64,000 nt of DNA, from contig JBJYWP010000002.1 in the NCBI GenBank assembly GCA_046259485.1, positions 87,104 to 151,103 of the forward strand. Reading direction: 5' to 3'. The notes beneath the pieces were generated by a model that was not told the origin of the DNA, made no database searches, and worked only from the letters and a program-made list of their open reading frames with translations. Positions 27,966-36,717 of the stretch are shown here, piece after piece (the first letter of the stretch is position 1; each line of letters begins with the position of its first letter). The stretch comes from Candidatus Promineifilaceae bacterium (lineage in GTDB: Bacteria; Chloroflexota; Anaerolineae; Promineifilales; Promineifilaceae). The position numbers and the translations under genes were made by a program.

Positions 27966-29978
27966 ATGGATATGAATAGACGTTCGTTGTTAATAGTTCC
28001 TGGATTGATCGCCGCTGTTATCCTGTTGACCATTCTCTTGCTTCCTGCGGCTGCGCAGCAAATCGGAAGCAATTTCGAACCTGCAGAATGTTGGTTCGAA
28101 GATAAAGTTCCCTTCCTGCCCGGGCCAGAATTCGAATGCGGATATGTAATCGTACCTAAGCGGCATGAAAATCCTGATGGACCAACTATCAAAATACCTG
28201 TGGCAATATCTCGTTCGCAGGAAGTGAACCGGAAACCGGACCCTCTTTTCCTTGCTCAAGGTGGGCCGGGAGGTGATGCTTTTGAAGTGTTTCCGATCTT
28301 ATTGAGCGCAAGTTCAGCCTGGCAAGATCGCGATATCGTTATCTTTAACCAGCGAGGAACCCGCTACGCAGAGCCTGACCTCTCTTGCACGGAGCTGTTC
28401 GATGCCGCGGCCGATATAATGAGCATGCCACCTGAGGATGCGGATCAAGCGTCGCTCGATCTCTTACAGGCCTGCTACGATCGGGTTGTTGCCGATGGGG
28501 TTGACGTTTCAGCCTTTAACAGCCTAGAAAATGCGGCCGATGTGGATGCTATTCGTCAGGCTCTTGGTTATGATGAATACAACTTTTACGGTGTCTCATA
28601 TGGCACTCTCCTCGGCCTTCATTTATTACGCGATCATCCGCAACATTTGCGCAGCGCTATCCTGGATGGTGTGGTTCCCACGAATTTGAACTTCATCCTC
28701 AAGGTTGCTGAGAATACAGACCGCGTTTTCACGGAAATTATTGATACTTGTCAAGAAGATACAGCTTGTAACAGCCAGTATCCAAACCTCGAAGAACGGT
28801 TCTTTACTTTAGTAGATTCTTTGAACGAGTCTCCTGTTACTATCAAGATGAGGGATCCCGAGACCGGCCAACTCGCTACTGCGCTGTTAGATGGGGATAC
28901 CCTTGTTGAAGTGTTGTTTCAGGCATTCTATTTACCTGATTCTTACGCGGTGTTCCCCAAATTAATCGCCAATTTGGAAGAAGGCGATATGACCTTTATC
29001 GAAGGTATATGGCCGCTGTTTGCTTTCGATCGCACCATCAGCGAAGGGATGTATTTCTCAGTTATCTGTGCCGAGGATGCGGATTTCGATACCTCCGATT
29101 TACAACTTGACGATATCCGCCCTTATTTTGCCGAGAATGCGGATGAAGAACTCAGCAGCTATAGCGATGCTTGTGAAATCTGGCAAGTTGACCGGCTTCC
29201 GGCTTCGGTTGATGATCCAGTGACCGGTGATACCCCGGTTCTCTTGCTTTCCGGACAGTATGATCCGATTACACCGCCGTACTTCGCCGATGTAGTCGCC
29301 GAAAGTTTGCCTAATAACACTACCGTCATCGATCCCATTGGCAGTCACGGTGTCGCCTGGGGAGACCCGTGTATGGATTCCATTGTTAGTCAATTCTTGG
29401 ATCACCCTACTCAAGAATTGGATACATCTTGCGTTTCGAGTATTGAACCCAAGTCTTTCGCGCCGATTGATGCGCTTTCCTTTCCTTTCATCGGCGAGGT
29501 GAACCAATTAACTGATGCAGTCTGGTGGCAGGTTGGATCGGCGAGCTTGTTCTTACTCATTGTGCTTTCGACGTTTATCATCCTTCCCTTAGCATGGTTT
29601 ATCCGCGTTCTCAGTTCAAAAGAACGGCCGATTGAAAGCAAACGAAGTGTTCGACTGAGAAGGATCGCCGGATTACTGGCGTTCCTGTTTGGGGTATTAG
29701 CCATAATCTTCGTGGGCGGCGTTGTTTACTATACCTTTGATGCCTTATTCGGCGGCCTGGCAAACATATTTGCCATCAGCTCCGCCGCTGGACCTTTCTT
29801 CGCTCTTACCTATTTACTGCTTCTTATCGCTGCTGCAATGATCACCATTACTATCCTCGCTTGGCGAAACGGCTATTGGGCGACCAGGGCGCGCGTATAC
29901 TACAGCATCGTCAGTATTGCCGCGGTTGCTTATGTTGTCGTTTTAGGAATTGGAGGTATGCTGACAGTCTTGCTCTAA
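27966..29978 (+). CDS. Alpha/beta hydrolase (S33 tripeptidyl-aminopeptidase-like) with C-terminal polytopic membrane domain
   Basis: Nucleophile elbow GVSYGT, and LLLSGQYDPITP near the C-terminus of the hydrolase domain, followed by 4 to 5 predicted TM helices. I prefer the start at 27966 (MDMNRRSLL signal peptide); the track ORF begins at 27753 in AT-rich DNA. Confidence 0.7.
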   Translation: MDMNRRSLLIVPGLIAAVILLTILLLPAAAQQIGSNFEPAECWFEDKVPFLPGPEFECGYVIVPKRHENPDGPTIKIPVAISRSQEVNRKPDPLFLAQGGPGGDAFEVFPILLSASSAWQDRDIVIFNQRGTRYAEPDLSCTELFDAAADIMSMPPEDADQASLDLLQACYDRVVADGVDVSAFNSLENAADVDAIRQALGYDEYNFYGVSYGTLLGLHLLRDHPQHLRSAILDGVVPTNLNFILKVAENTDRVFTEIIDTCQEDTACNSQYPNLEERFFTLVDSLNESPVTIKMRDPETGQLATALLDGDTLVEVLFQAFYLPDSYAVFPKLIANLEEGDMTFIEGIWPLFAFDRTISEGMYFSVICAEDADFDTSDLQLDDIRPYFAENADEELSSYSDACEIWQVDRLPASVDDPVTGDTPVLLLSGQYDPITPPYFADVVAESLPNNTTVIDPIGSHGVAWGDPCMDSIVSQFLDHPTQELDTSCVSSIEPKSFAPIDALSFPFIGEVNQLTDAVWWQVGSASLFLLIVLSTFIILPLAWFIRVLSSKERPIESKRSVRLRRIAGLLAFLFGVLAIIFVGGVVYYTFDALFGGLANIFAISSAAGPFFALTYLLLLIAAAMITITILAWRNGYWATRARVYYSIVSIAAVAYVVVLGIGGMLTVLL

Positions 29979-30000
29979 TCCTAAATTTGGCAGTTACTTT

Positions 30001-30789
30001 ATGAATAAAGCACTGGCTAGCGGTATATTCATAATCAGTATGTTCATTGGTGTGGGGGTATTTCTATACCCCCTCATTTTGCCTGCCGTTTCACAATCCA
30101 CCAATTCTTTAGGTGGTGATTTCCAACAATCTCAAGCGCTGACCATGGTTCTCTTGACCCTGACCATCGGCGTATTACTGCTCGAGATGCAGGGGCAAAC
30201 GACCAGCGCTAAAACCATCGCCGCGATGGGTTTGCTGATCGCGGCGACATCCGTTCTACGATTCATTGAGGTGGCCATTCCCGGACCTGGTGGTTTTTCT
30301 CCGATATTTGTGCCGATCATCATTGCCGGTTACGTGTTTGGGGCAAGATTCGGGTTTTTAATGGGCAGTTTAACCATGCTGGTATCCGCCCTATTAACAG
30401 GCGGCGTTGGTCCATGGCTTCCTTATCAAATGTTTGCTGTTGGATGGGTGGGCTTGACCGCGGGTTTACTACCCCAGATCGAGAATCCTATCGCCCAGAT
30501 CACCATGCTTGCCGTGTTCGCCTTTATCTGGGGTCTGTTGTATGGGCTGCTTATGAATTTGTACTACTGGCCTTTTTTGAGCAGTGCTGTGTCAGAGAGC
30601 GCAGAGACCGTGCAAAGGTTTGGAGCGACCCTGGCGAATTATGGGGCATTCTACTTAGCAACTTCCTTTGTTTGGGATTTGACCAGGGGAATTGGCAACC
30701 TGGTTTTAATGATTGCCCTTGGTCTTCCGGCTGTTCGGGCGCTTGAGCGTTTTCGGGATAAATTCCGGTTTGAGGTTGTTTACGGATGA
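30001..30789 (+). CDS. ECF transporter substrate-specific (S) component, substrate unknown
   Basis: 262-aa polytopic membrane protein. Its stop overlaps the start of the ecfT-like gene (ATGA). Confidence 0.6.
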   Translation: MNKALASGIFIISMFIGVGVFLYPLILPAVSQSTNSLGGDFQQSQALTMVLLTLTIGVLLLEMQGQTTSAKTIAAMGLLIAATSVLRFIEVAIPGPGGFSPIFVPIIIAGYVFGARFGFLMGSLTMLVSALLTGGVGPWLPYQMFAVGWVGLTAGLLPQIENPIAQITMLAVFAFIWGLLYGLLMNLYYWPFLSSAVSESAETVQRFGATLANYGAFYLATSFVWDLTRGIGNLVLMIALGLPAVRALERFRDKFRFEVVYG

Positions 30790-31814
30790 AGCTGACTTTC
30801 CACACCTTTGCCTGGGTTGTCTGGTTGAGTTCGGCGGCGATTCTGACCCTTATCATGCGTAATCCCCTCTATCTGATCATCTTGCTCCTGGTTGCGCGAG
30901 TGGTTCAGAATGCCTGTGGCGAGGACCATGCCGCCCTGAAAATATCGCTTTGGCGATTATCGGCCGTTATCATGGTCTTCTCGATTCTCTTTAACCTCTT
31001 GCTCGTGCATGTGGGCCAGACAGTTTTATTCCGGCTGCCGCAAAATCTATGGCTGATTGGTGGCCCTCTAACCCTGGAAGCAGTCATCTATGGTGCAGTA
31101 AGCGCCTTGATCCTGATCACCCTGTTGGCTCTTTTTATGGCTTTTAACAGCATCGTTTCCACGAGCGATCTCATTGCCGTAATTCCGCGCGCACTGGCTA
31201 ATGTTGGGGTTGTGATCTTGATCGCCGTTAGTTACGTTCCAGAGACGCTGGATCATCTACAGCGTGTGCGCGAGGCGCAGGCCCTGCGAGGGCATCGCAT
31301 ACGCGGATTGCGCGATTGGCAGCCGATAATTATTCCCCTTCTCGTCGGTGGTTTGGAAAGATCGATGAACCTGGCAGAGACGATGGTAGCAAGGGGTTAT
31401 GGAGCAACATCCGGCGAGCAGTTGGCTGCCCGAACCAGAGCCATGATGCTGGCCGGATTAATTCTGATTTTTGGCGGCTGGATTCTCTCTTTTAGCCACT
31501 GGCTTCCCGGCTGGCTACTGATTTTAAGCGGGGGCGGCTTTCTGGCCCTGGCCTACTACGAACAAGGAAGACGCATTAAGCGTACCAGATACAAAATTTC
31601 CCGCTGGCAGACTCAAGATTGGTTATTAGTTTTGATTTCTCTCTTACCACTTCTGCTAATTCTGCTGCCATTTCCGGCGGTAAGTGAGGATTCAATTACC
31701 TATTCTCCTTATCCCTTGGCTAAGATCCCGCAGTTTAACCCATTGGTCGGTTTGGCAATCGCTTTATTGGCGGCTCCGGCGCTGCTGGTCGAACTTTCAC
31801 CATTATCCAGGTAA
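30786..31814 (+). CDS. ecfT: Energy-coupling factor transporter transmembrane (T) component, CbiQ/EcfT family
   Basis: 342 aa. It is polytopic with the conserved Arg-containing coupling helices (EAQALRGHR, ETMVARGYG). Confidence 0.75.
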   Translation: MKLTFHTFAWVVWLSSAAILTLIMRNPLYLIILLLVARVVQNACGEDHAALKISLWRLSAVIMVFSILFNLLLVHVGQTVLFRLPQNLWLIGGPLTLEAVIYGAVSALILITLLALFMAFNSIVSTSDLIAVIPRALANVGVVILIAVSYVPETLDHLQRVREAQALRGHRIRGLRDWQPIIIPLLVGGLERSMNLAETMVARGYGATSGEQLAARTRAMMLAGLILIFGGWILSFSHWLPGWLLILSGGGFLALAYYEQGRRIKRTRYKISRWQTQDWLLVLISLLPLLLILLPFPAVSEDSITYSPYPLAKIPQFNPLVGLAIALLAAPALLVELSPLSR

Positions 31815-31815
31815 C

Positions 31816-33450
31816 ATGGATGAGATAATCCAACTTCGATCCGTCACATATACCTATCCCAATCGCCGGATACCAGCTCTTCACGCTGTTAATTTGGACG
31901 TCAAAGAAGGTGAATTTGTTCTCGTTACAGGACCATCCGGATCGGGAAAATCGACCATGCTGCGAACGTTGAATGGACTTGTACCCCATTTTAGTGGGGG
32001 TGAAATCAGCGGCGACATTGTGGTAAAGGGTGTCAACGTGATTGAGGCCGGTCCCCAGGTCCTTAGTAATCATGTCGGGTTTGTTGCCCAGAATCCGGAA
32101 GCGCAGACAATTTTGGAAACGGTTGAACCGGAAATCGCATTCGCACTTGAAAATGCGGCCGTTCCCCGGGTAGAGATGCACAAACGGGTGCAGGATGTGC
32201 TGGACTACCTTGATCTGATTCCTTTGCGCTCACGGCCGATCATTTCTCTATCCGGAGGCGAACGCCAGCGCGTGGCTATTGCCTGCGCTTTAGCTCTCCA
32301 ACCGGATATTCTCGTTTTGGACGAGCCAACCAGCCAGTTAGATCCGCAGGCGGCAGCCGAACTGCTTAAGATGCTTAAAGACTTAAATCGCGATCTGGGA
32401 TTGACGATTGTGCTCGCCGAACATCGCTTAGAGCGGACTTTGCCCTTTGTAGATAGTCTGGCTTATTTTGAAGACGGCCGTTTAGTGAGCCATGATTCTG
32501 TCCGCCGGGCATTGGTTCATATTCCACAGGTGCCTCCCCTGATTGAGTTAGCCAGAAATTTAAAGTGGGAACCTGCTCCCCTTACGATCAGTGAGGCAGC
32601 GGAGTATCTTCCTGAAAAAAGGGGTTGGGACATCATGGAACCCGCGACTGCGGAAATTGATTCGTCTGACGAGACAATTTTGCAAGTAGAAGGTCTGCGC
32701 TATTCCTATAACCAGAAGGTTTTAGCGCTGGATGGAATTGATTTCCAACTGCACAAAGGCGAAATTTTGGCCGTAATGGGCGCGAACGGCTCCGGGAAGA
32801 GCACCTTGCTGCGGTGCATTATTGGTTTGCTGCAGCCTCTTAGCGGTGATGTGCTGCTTAAAGGCCGTTCTGTTCTCGGGCAGGAAACAGTTGATCTTAC
32901 GCGCAGGATTGCTTATTTACCACAGTACCCCGACGATTTATTATTCGCGGAAACAGTTCGCCAGGAGCTTGAAATCACTCTCGACAATCACGAGATTTTT
33001 GCACCGGATCGGGTTGATACGACGTTACAGAAACTAAGCCTGGCTCCGTTCGCTGACTACTATCCACGTGATTTATCAACGGGACAGCGCCAGCGAACGG
33101 CCCTCGGGGCGATCACCGTGGCTCAACCGGATATCCTCCTGTTAGATGAACCGACGCGTGGCCAGGACGGCCTGATAAAAAGCCAACTGCTGAAAATCTG
33201 GCAGCGCTGGAAATCTGAAGGCATGGGCTTGATCATTGTCTCCCACGATGTTGAGCTTGTCGCTCAATTAGCAGATCGGGTGATGATCCTGGCTGATGGT
33301 AAAATAGAGGCAGTTGGATCGGCCGAAAGTGTTTTGTCAGATTCATCCCTGTTTGCTCCACAAATCGCACGTCTATTTCCAGGCAGTGGCTGGCTGACAG
33401 TGGAGGACGCATTGAATGGATTGGCGAAAGTTCAGACGGCCGCAATTTAA
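31816..33450 (+). CDS. Fused duplicated ECF/ABC ATPase (EcfA-EcfA')
   Basis: Two Walker A motifs (GPSGSGKST, GANGSGKST) and two signature/Walker B sets (LSGGERQR..LVLDEPT and LSTGQRQR..LLLDEPT). I prefer the start at 31816 (MDEIIQL), 1 nt after the ecfT stop; the track extension overlaps ecfT. Confidence 0.88.
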   Translation: MDEIIQLRSVTYTYPNRRIPALHAVNLDVKEGEFVLVTGPSGSGKSTMLRTLNGLVPHFSGGEISGDIVVKGVNVIEAGPQVLSNHVGFVAQNPEAQTILETVEPEIAFALENAAVPRVEMHKRVQDVLDYLDLIPLRSRPIISLSGGERQRVAIACALALQPDILVLDEPTSQLDPQAAAELLKMLKDLNRDLGLTIVLAEHRLERTLPFVDSLAYFEDGRLVSHDSVRRALVHIPQVPPLIELARNLKWEPAPLTISEAAEYLPEKRGWDIMEPATAEIDSSDETILQVEGLRYSYNQKVLALDGIDFQLHKGEILAVMGANGSGKSTLLRCIIGLLQPLSGDVLLKGRSVLGQETVDLTRRIAYLPQYPDDLLFAETVRQELEITLDNHEIFAPDRVDTTLQKLSLAPFADYYPRDLSTGQRQRTALGAITVAQPDILLLDEPTRGQDGLIKSQLLKIWQRWKSEGMGLIIVSHDVELVAQLADRVMILADGKIEAVGSAESVLSDSSLFAPQIARLFPGSGWLTVEDALNGLAKVQTAAI

Positions 33451-33502
33451 ACTGTCATCTTGAGATTAATAGAAAAAAATTAGGAACAGGATCAGGATTA
33501 GA

Positions 33503-34066
33503 ATGCCAAGATTAACGAAAATTTATACGGGACAAGGGGATGCAGGAAAAACACGCCTTAGCAGCGGTCAATTGGTTAATAAGCACGACTTGCGGGTTAC
33601 TTCCTATGGCGCAGTAGACGAATTGAATTCCCACATAGGCCTGGCCTTGACCATGAATATATCTGACCAACTGGCTCCCATTCTTTCCTCGATTCAAAAT
33701 GAGCTTTTCCACCTGGGTTCGGATTTATCATTCGCTGCTGAAGAGAGCGAGCAGCGTAATATTCCCCAAATCGAAGCCAGGCATATCGCTCGCCTGGAAG
33801 AAGTAATCGATGAGCTAAATGCTCAAGTTGGCCCGCTGCAAAACTTTATCCTGCCCGGCGGGACTCAAGCTGCGGCGCAGCTGCATGTTGCCAGAACCGT
33901 ATGCCGTCGTGCCGAGCGAGAAGTGAGCGCACTCGCCGAACAAGAGCAGGTTGGGGCTTATGTGATGCCCTATTTAAATCGCCTTTCCGATGCTTTGTTC
34001 GTCATGGCCCGCTATGAGAACAAGAGCAAAGGGATCCCTGAACCCCTTTGGGATTCCCGCGTATAG
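33503..34066 (+). CDS. PduO-type ATP:cob(I)alamin adenosyltransferase
   Basis: 187 aa. [13 protein letters not shown] and [14 protein letters not shown] are PduO-family signatures. Confidence 0.88.
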   Translation: MPRLTKIYTGQGDAGKTRLSSGQLVNKHDLRVTSYGAVDELNSHIGLALTMNISDQLAPILSSIQNELFHLGSDLSFAAEESEQRNIPQIEARHIARLEEVIDELNAQVGPLQNFILPGGTQAAAQLHVARTVCRRAEREVSALAEQEQVGAYVMPYLNRLSDALFVMARYENKSKGIPEPLWDSRV

Positions 34067-34167
34067 GTGATGATCTCTAGTTGGTAAGAGAACATTATTC
34101 AGGGTAAACTTTTTTATCTATGAATACCCCGGCTGTGGTAGGCGATTGAATATTTGAGGAGAAGGTT

Positions 34168-34329
34168 ATGGAACAGTATTTATTACTTGCACTCATCATC
34201 ATCGGTTTTTGGGTTGTAGGTTTCATTATCTATTTGGTTCTGTCTAATAGGCAGCGCGATATAGAATCAGAAATTAACCAGATCGATGCTATGCTTGAGG
34301 CAGATAATTCTACTGTTGGAGCGGAGTGA
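34168..34329 (+). CDS. Small single-pass membrane protein (CcmD-like architecture)
   Basis: 53-aa ORF below the track cutoff: MEQYLLLALIIIGFWVVGFIIYLVLSNRQRDIESEINQIDAMLEADNSTVGAE. GAGGAGAAGG lies directly upstream. The TM helix followed by an NRQR..E-rich tail resembles CcmD-family proteins. Confidence 0.4.
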   Translation: MEQYLLLALIIIGFWVVGFIIYLVLSNRQRDIESEINQIDAMLEADNSTVGAE

Positions 34330-34428
34330 CCAGCGTCCCCATATATTTTTTCGACTTAAAAATTGAATGATTGGGCGGGAAGGCGTGTGGTTGTGCTGCC
34401 TGTTACAAATATTTAGATGGAGTGAAAA

Positions 34429-35115
34429 TTGATGCGTGTGCAAAAAGCAATTATAGCGATGATTATCGCAATCTTTTTCCTGTCTGCTTGTGATTCGCTC
34501 CCCGAGGTTGATATCCCCTTTACAGACTCAGGACCGGATGCCTGTAATGCCGGAGGAACACTGTTCGCGGATGATTTTAGCGGAGAGCAAAACTGTGGTT
34601 GGGCTGAATATAATCGAGGGGGTGCGGTAGTAGCCATTGAGGATGGATCGTTAAATATCAGCACAAGCAGCCCAGGGGAAATTTGGTGGACAAACCCCGG
34701 ACGCACTTTTGACGATGTCATTATTAATGTCGAAGCGTCACAAACCGGAGGGGTAGACGACAATGCATATGGCGTCCTCTGCCGCTACCAGAATGAGCAA
34801 AATTTCTATCTGTTTTTGATTAGTGGGGATGGATACTACGCCATTGGTAAATACTCGGGCACTGATGTGCCTATTACTTATCTGACGCCGGATGGCCAGT
34901 ACCAAGCCTCAGATGTAATCAATCAGGGCATAGCCAGTAATGATATTCAGGCCAGCTGTATTGGAAACCAGCTTAGCCTGGCCGTGAATGGTGAGCCTTT
35001 ATTAACCGTTACGGATAATGATTTTAGTTCCGGTGATATTGGCTTGGCGGCCAGTGCGATGCAGCAGGGTACGGTAGAGATATCCTTCGATGATCTTCGT
35101 ATATTCGCTCCTTAG
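34429..35115 (+). CDS. Putative lipoprotein with concanavalin/LamG-like (DUF1080-like) beta-sandwich domain
   Basis: 228 aa with lipobox FLSAC. YGVLCRYQNEQNFYLFLISGDGYY and the C-terminal ISFDDLRIF are shared with the next gene. Confidence 0.55.
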   Translation: MMRVQKAIIAMIIAIFFLSACDSLPEVDIPFTDSGPDACNAGGTLFADDFSGEQNCGWAEYNRGGAVVAIEDGSLNISTSSPGEIWWTNPGRTFDDVIINVEASQTGGVDDNAYGVLCRYQNEQNFYLFLISGDGYYAIGKYSGTDVPITYLTPDGQYQASDVINQGIASNDIQASCIGNQLSLAVNGEPLLTVTDNDFSSGDIGLAASAMQQGTVEISFDDLRIFAP

Positions 35116-35175
35116 AAGCATTCACCTGAACTTTCCCTAATGAGTTTTTTTGGCGTGCTTTTGTCTTAACTAGCG

Positions 35176-35835
35176 ATGGCCCTTTTGAAAAAAACTGTAG
35201 TTCTTCTGTTTGTCTCGCTCATCCTGATTTCCTGTTCGGATATGGATTTAAAGATTCCTGGCGTATCAAAACCGATTTTTCGCGAGGATTTTGTTCTGGG
35301 TCAAACCGGTTCGTGGTTTTTGGAACATGATGAATCCGGTTCGACAACTATTATTCCCGAGCAGCTCTTAATTGAGATCAATGATCCCCAACTTGTGCAG
35401 TTCGCAACTTTGACCGAGCCGGCATTCACTGATTTCTCCCTTGAGGTTGAGGGTCGAATTCTGTCCGGGTCACCCCACAGCAGTTATGGTGTTTTATTCC
35501 GCATGCAAAATCCACAGCAGTTCTACCGCTTCGAGATTACCGGCGATGGTACTTATACCCTGGAGCGTCACGATGCGGATGGCAGCAGGACTTTATTCAT
35601 GGGCGACTGGCAAGATGCGGATTCGATTAATCAGGGCTTGAACGTTGTTAATCGTCTGGGGGTTGAAGCAGAGGGATCAAATATAGCTATCCTGGTTAAC
35701 GGGGTAGTTCTCAATCAGGTATCAGATGAAACTTATTCGTCCGGTTACATTGGATTAGATGCCGGTACCTTTGACATAGTGCCCATCCAGGTAGCATTTG
35801 ATAATCTGGTTATTCGCCTGCCGGGCGCTGAATAG
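35176..35835 (+). CDS. Paralogous putative lipoprotein with LamG/DUF1080-like domain
   Basis: 219 aa with lipobox LISC. YGVLFRMQNPQQFYRFEITGDGTY and VAFDNLVIR match the upstream paralog. Confidence 0.55.
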   Translation: MALLKKTVVLLFVSLILISCSDMDLKIPGVSKPIFREDFVLGQTGSWFLEHDESGSTTIIPEQLLIEINDPQLVQFATLTEPAFTDFSLEVEGRILSGSPHSSYGVLFRMQNPQQFYRFEITGDGTYTLERHDADGSRTLFMGDWQDADSINQGLNVVNRLGVEAEGSNIAILVNGVVLNQVSDETYSSGYIGLDAGTFDIVPIQVAFDNLVIRLPGAE

Positions 35836-35838
35836 AAA

Positions 35839-36690
35839 GTGAATCTTCGTAATCAGATAGAGCTGGCAACCGGCCAATCTATCAAAAGCGTTTCTCCTCT
35901 TCATGGTGGGGACATCGGCCAGGTTTACCTTGTACAAACCGCGTCCGGCATTCCGCTCGTTGCCAAGGTAGATAATGGTCCCGACCCGCACCTGGACGTT
36001 GAAGCCTTCATGCTGGAATTCCTCAAGGGTAACAGCAATTTACCGGTGCCGCAGGTCATATTCAAAAGCCCACAACTGTTGGTTATTTCCTATATTACGG
36101 GGAACAGTCATTTTTCAGATCAAGCCCAGATGCACGCCGCTGAACTGCTGGCGGAATTGCACGCGGTCAGTGCTCCGGCTTTTGGTTTTGAACAGCCGAC
36201 ATGGATCGGTAGTTTACACCAACAAAATCCCTGGTCTGAATCCTGGCTATCCTTTTTCGCTGAACAGCGGTTAATTTACATGGCTGAGCAGGGACTTCAA
36301 GCCGGTCGATTACCGGCAGCCCTGGCACGACGGGTGGAAAAATTAGCACAGAATCTAGATCAATGGTTAGAAGAGCCGTCGGAACCGTCGCTGATTCACG
36401 GTGATGTCTGGACCACGAATGTCCTCGCTGCAGGCGATCGCATCGTGGGTTTTCTTGACCCGGCCGTTTATTACGCCTCCCCCGAGATAGAACTGGCCTT
36501 TATTACCCTGTTTAGCACTTTTGGTGAACCTTTCTTCAGGCGTTATCAGGAGATACGGCCGATTTTGCCTGGTTTTTTCACAGAGCGACGGGATATATAT
36601 AATCTATACCCTCTTCTTGTCCATGTGCGGCTCTTTGGCGGTGGTTATGTAGCCAGCGTCGACAGCATTCTGAGCCGCTATGGCTGTTAA
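35839..36690 (+). CDS. Fructosamine/ketosamine kinase family protein
   Basis: 283 aa with a GTG start. LIHGDVWTTNVL is the catalytic loop, and DPAVYYASPEIELAF is also present. Confidence 0.8.
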   Translation: MNLRNQIELATGQSIKSVSPLHGGDIGQVYLVQTASGIPLVAKVDNGPDPHLDVEAFMLEFLKGNSNLPVPQVIFKSPQLLVISYITGNSHFSDQAQMHAAELLAELHAVSAPAFGFEQPTWIGSLHQQNPWSESWLSFFAEQRLIYMAEQGLQAGRLPAALARRVEKLAQNLDQWLEEPSEPSLIHGDVWTTNVLAAGDRIVGFLDPAVYYASPEIELAFITLFSTFGEPFFRRYQEIRPILPGFFTERRDIYNLYPLLVHVRLFGGGYVASVDSILSRYGC

Positions 36691-36717
36691 GGCGCAGGCG
36701 CTTTCGGAGCAGAGGAT

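Noticed and set aside
27710-28192. A 160-aa minus-strand ORF, plus the 27753..27965 N-terminal extension of the hydrolase ORF
   Set aside because: Both lie in AT-rich, low-complexity spacer DNA. The hydrolase has a convincing signal peptide starting at 27966, and the minus-strand ORF overlaps it antisense with no recognisable motifs.
27697-30000. A cobalamin riboswitch upstream of the ECF transporter / PduO cluster
   Set aside because: I found no B12-box-like sequence or matching conserved core in the candidate leaders. This needs an Rfam scan to be certain.
31684-31815. A 44-codon upstream extension of the ECF ATPase ORF
   Set aside because: It lies entirely inside the ecfT coding frame region. 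The ATPase domain begins at MDEIIQL (31816), 1 nt after the ecfT stop.
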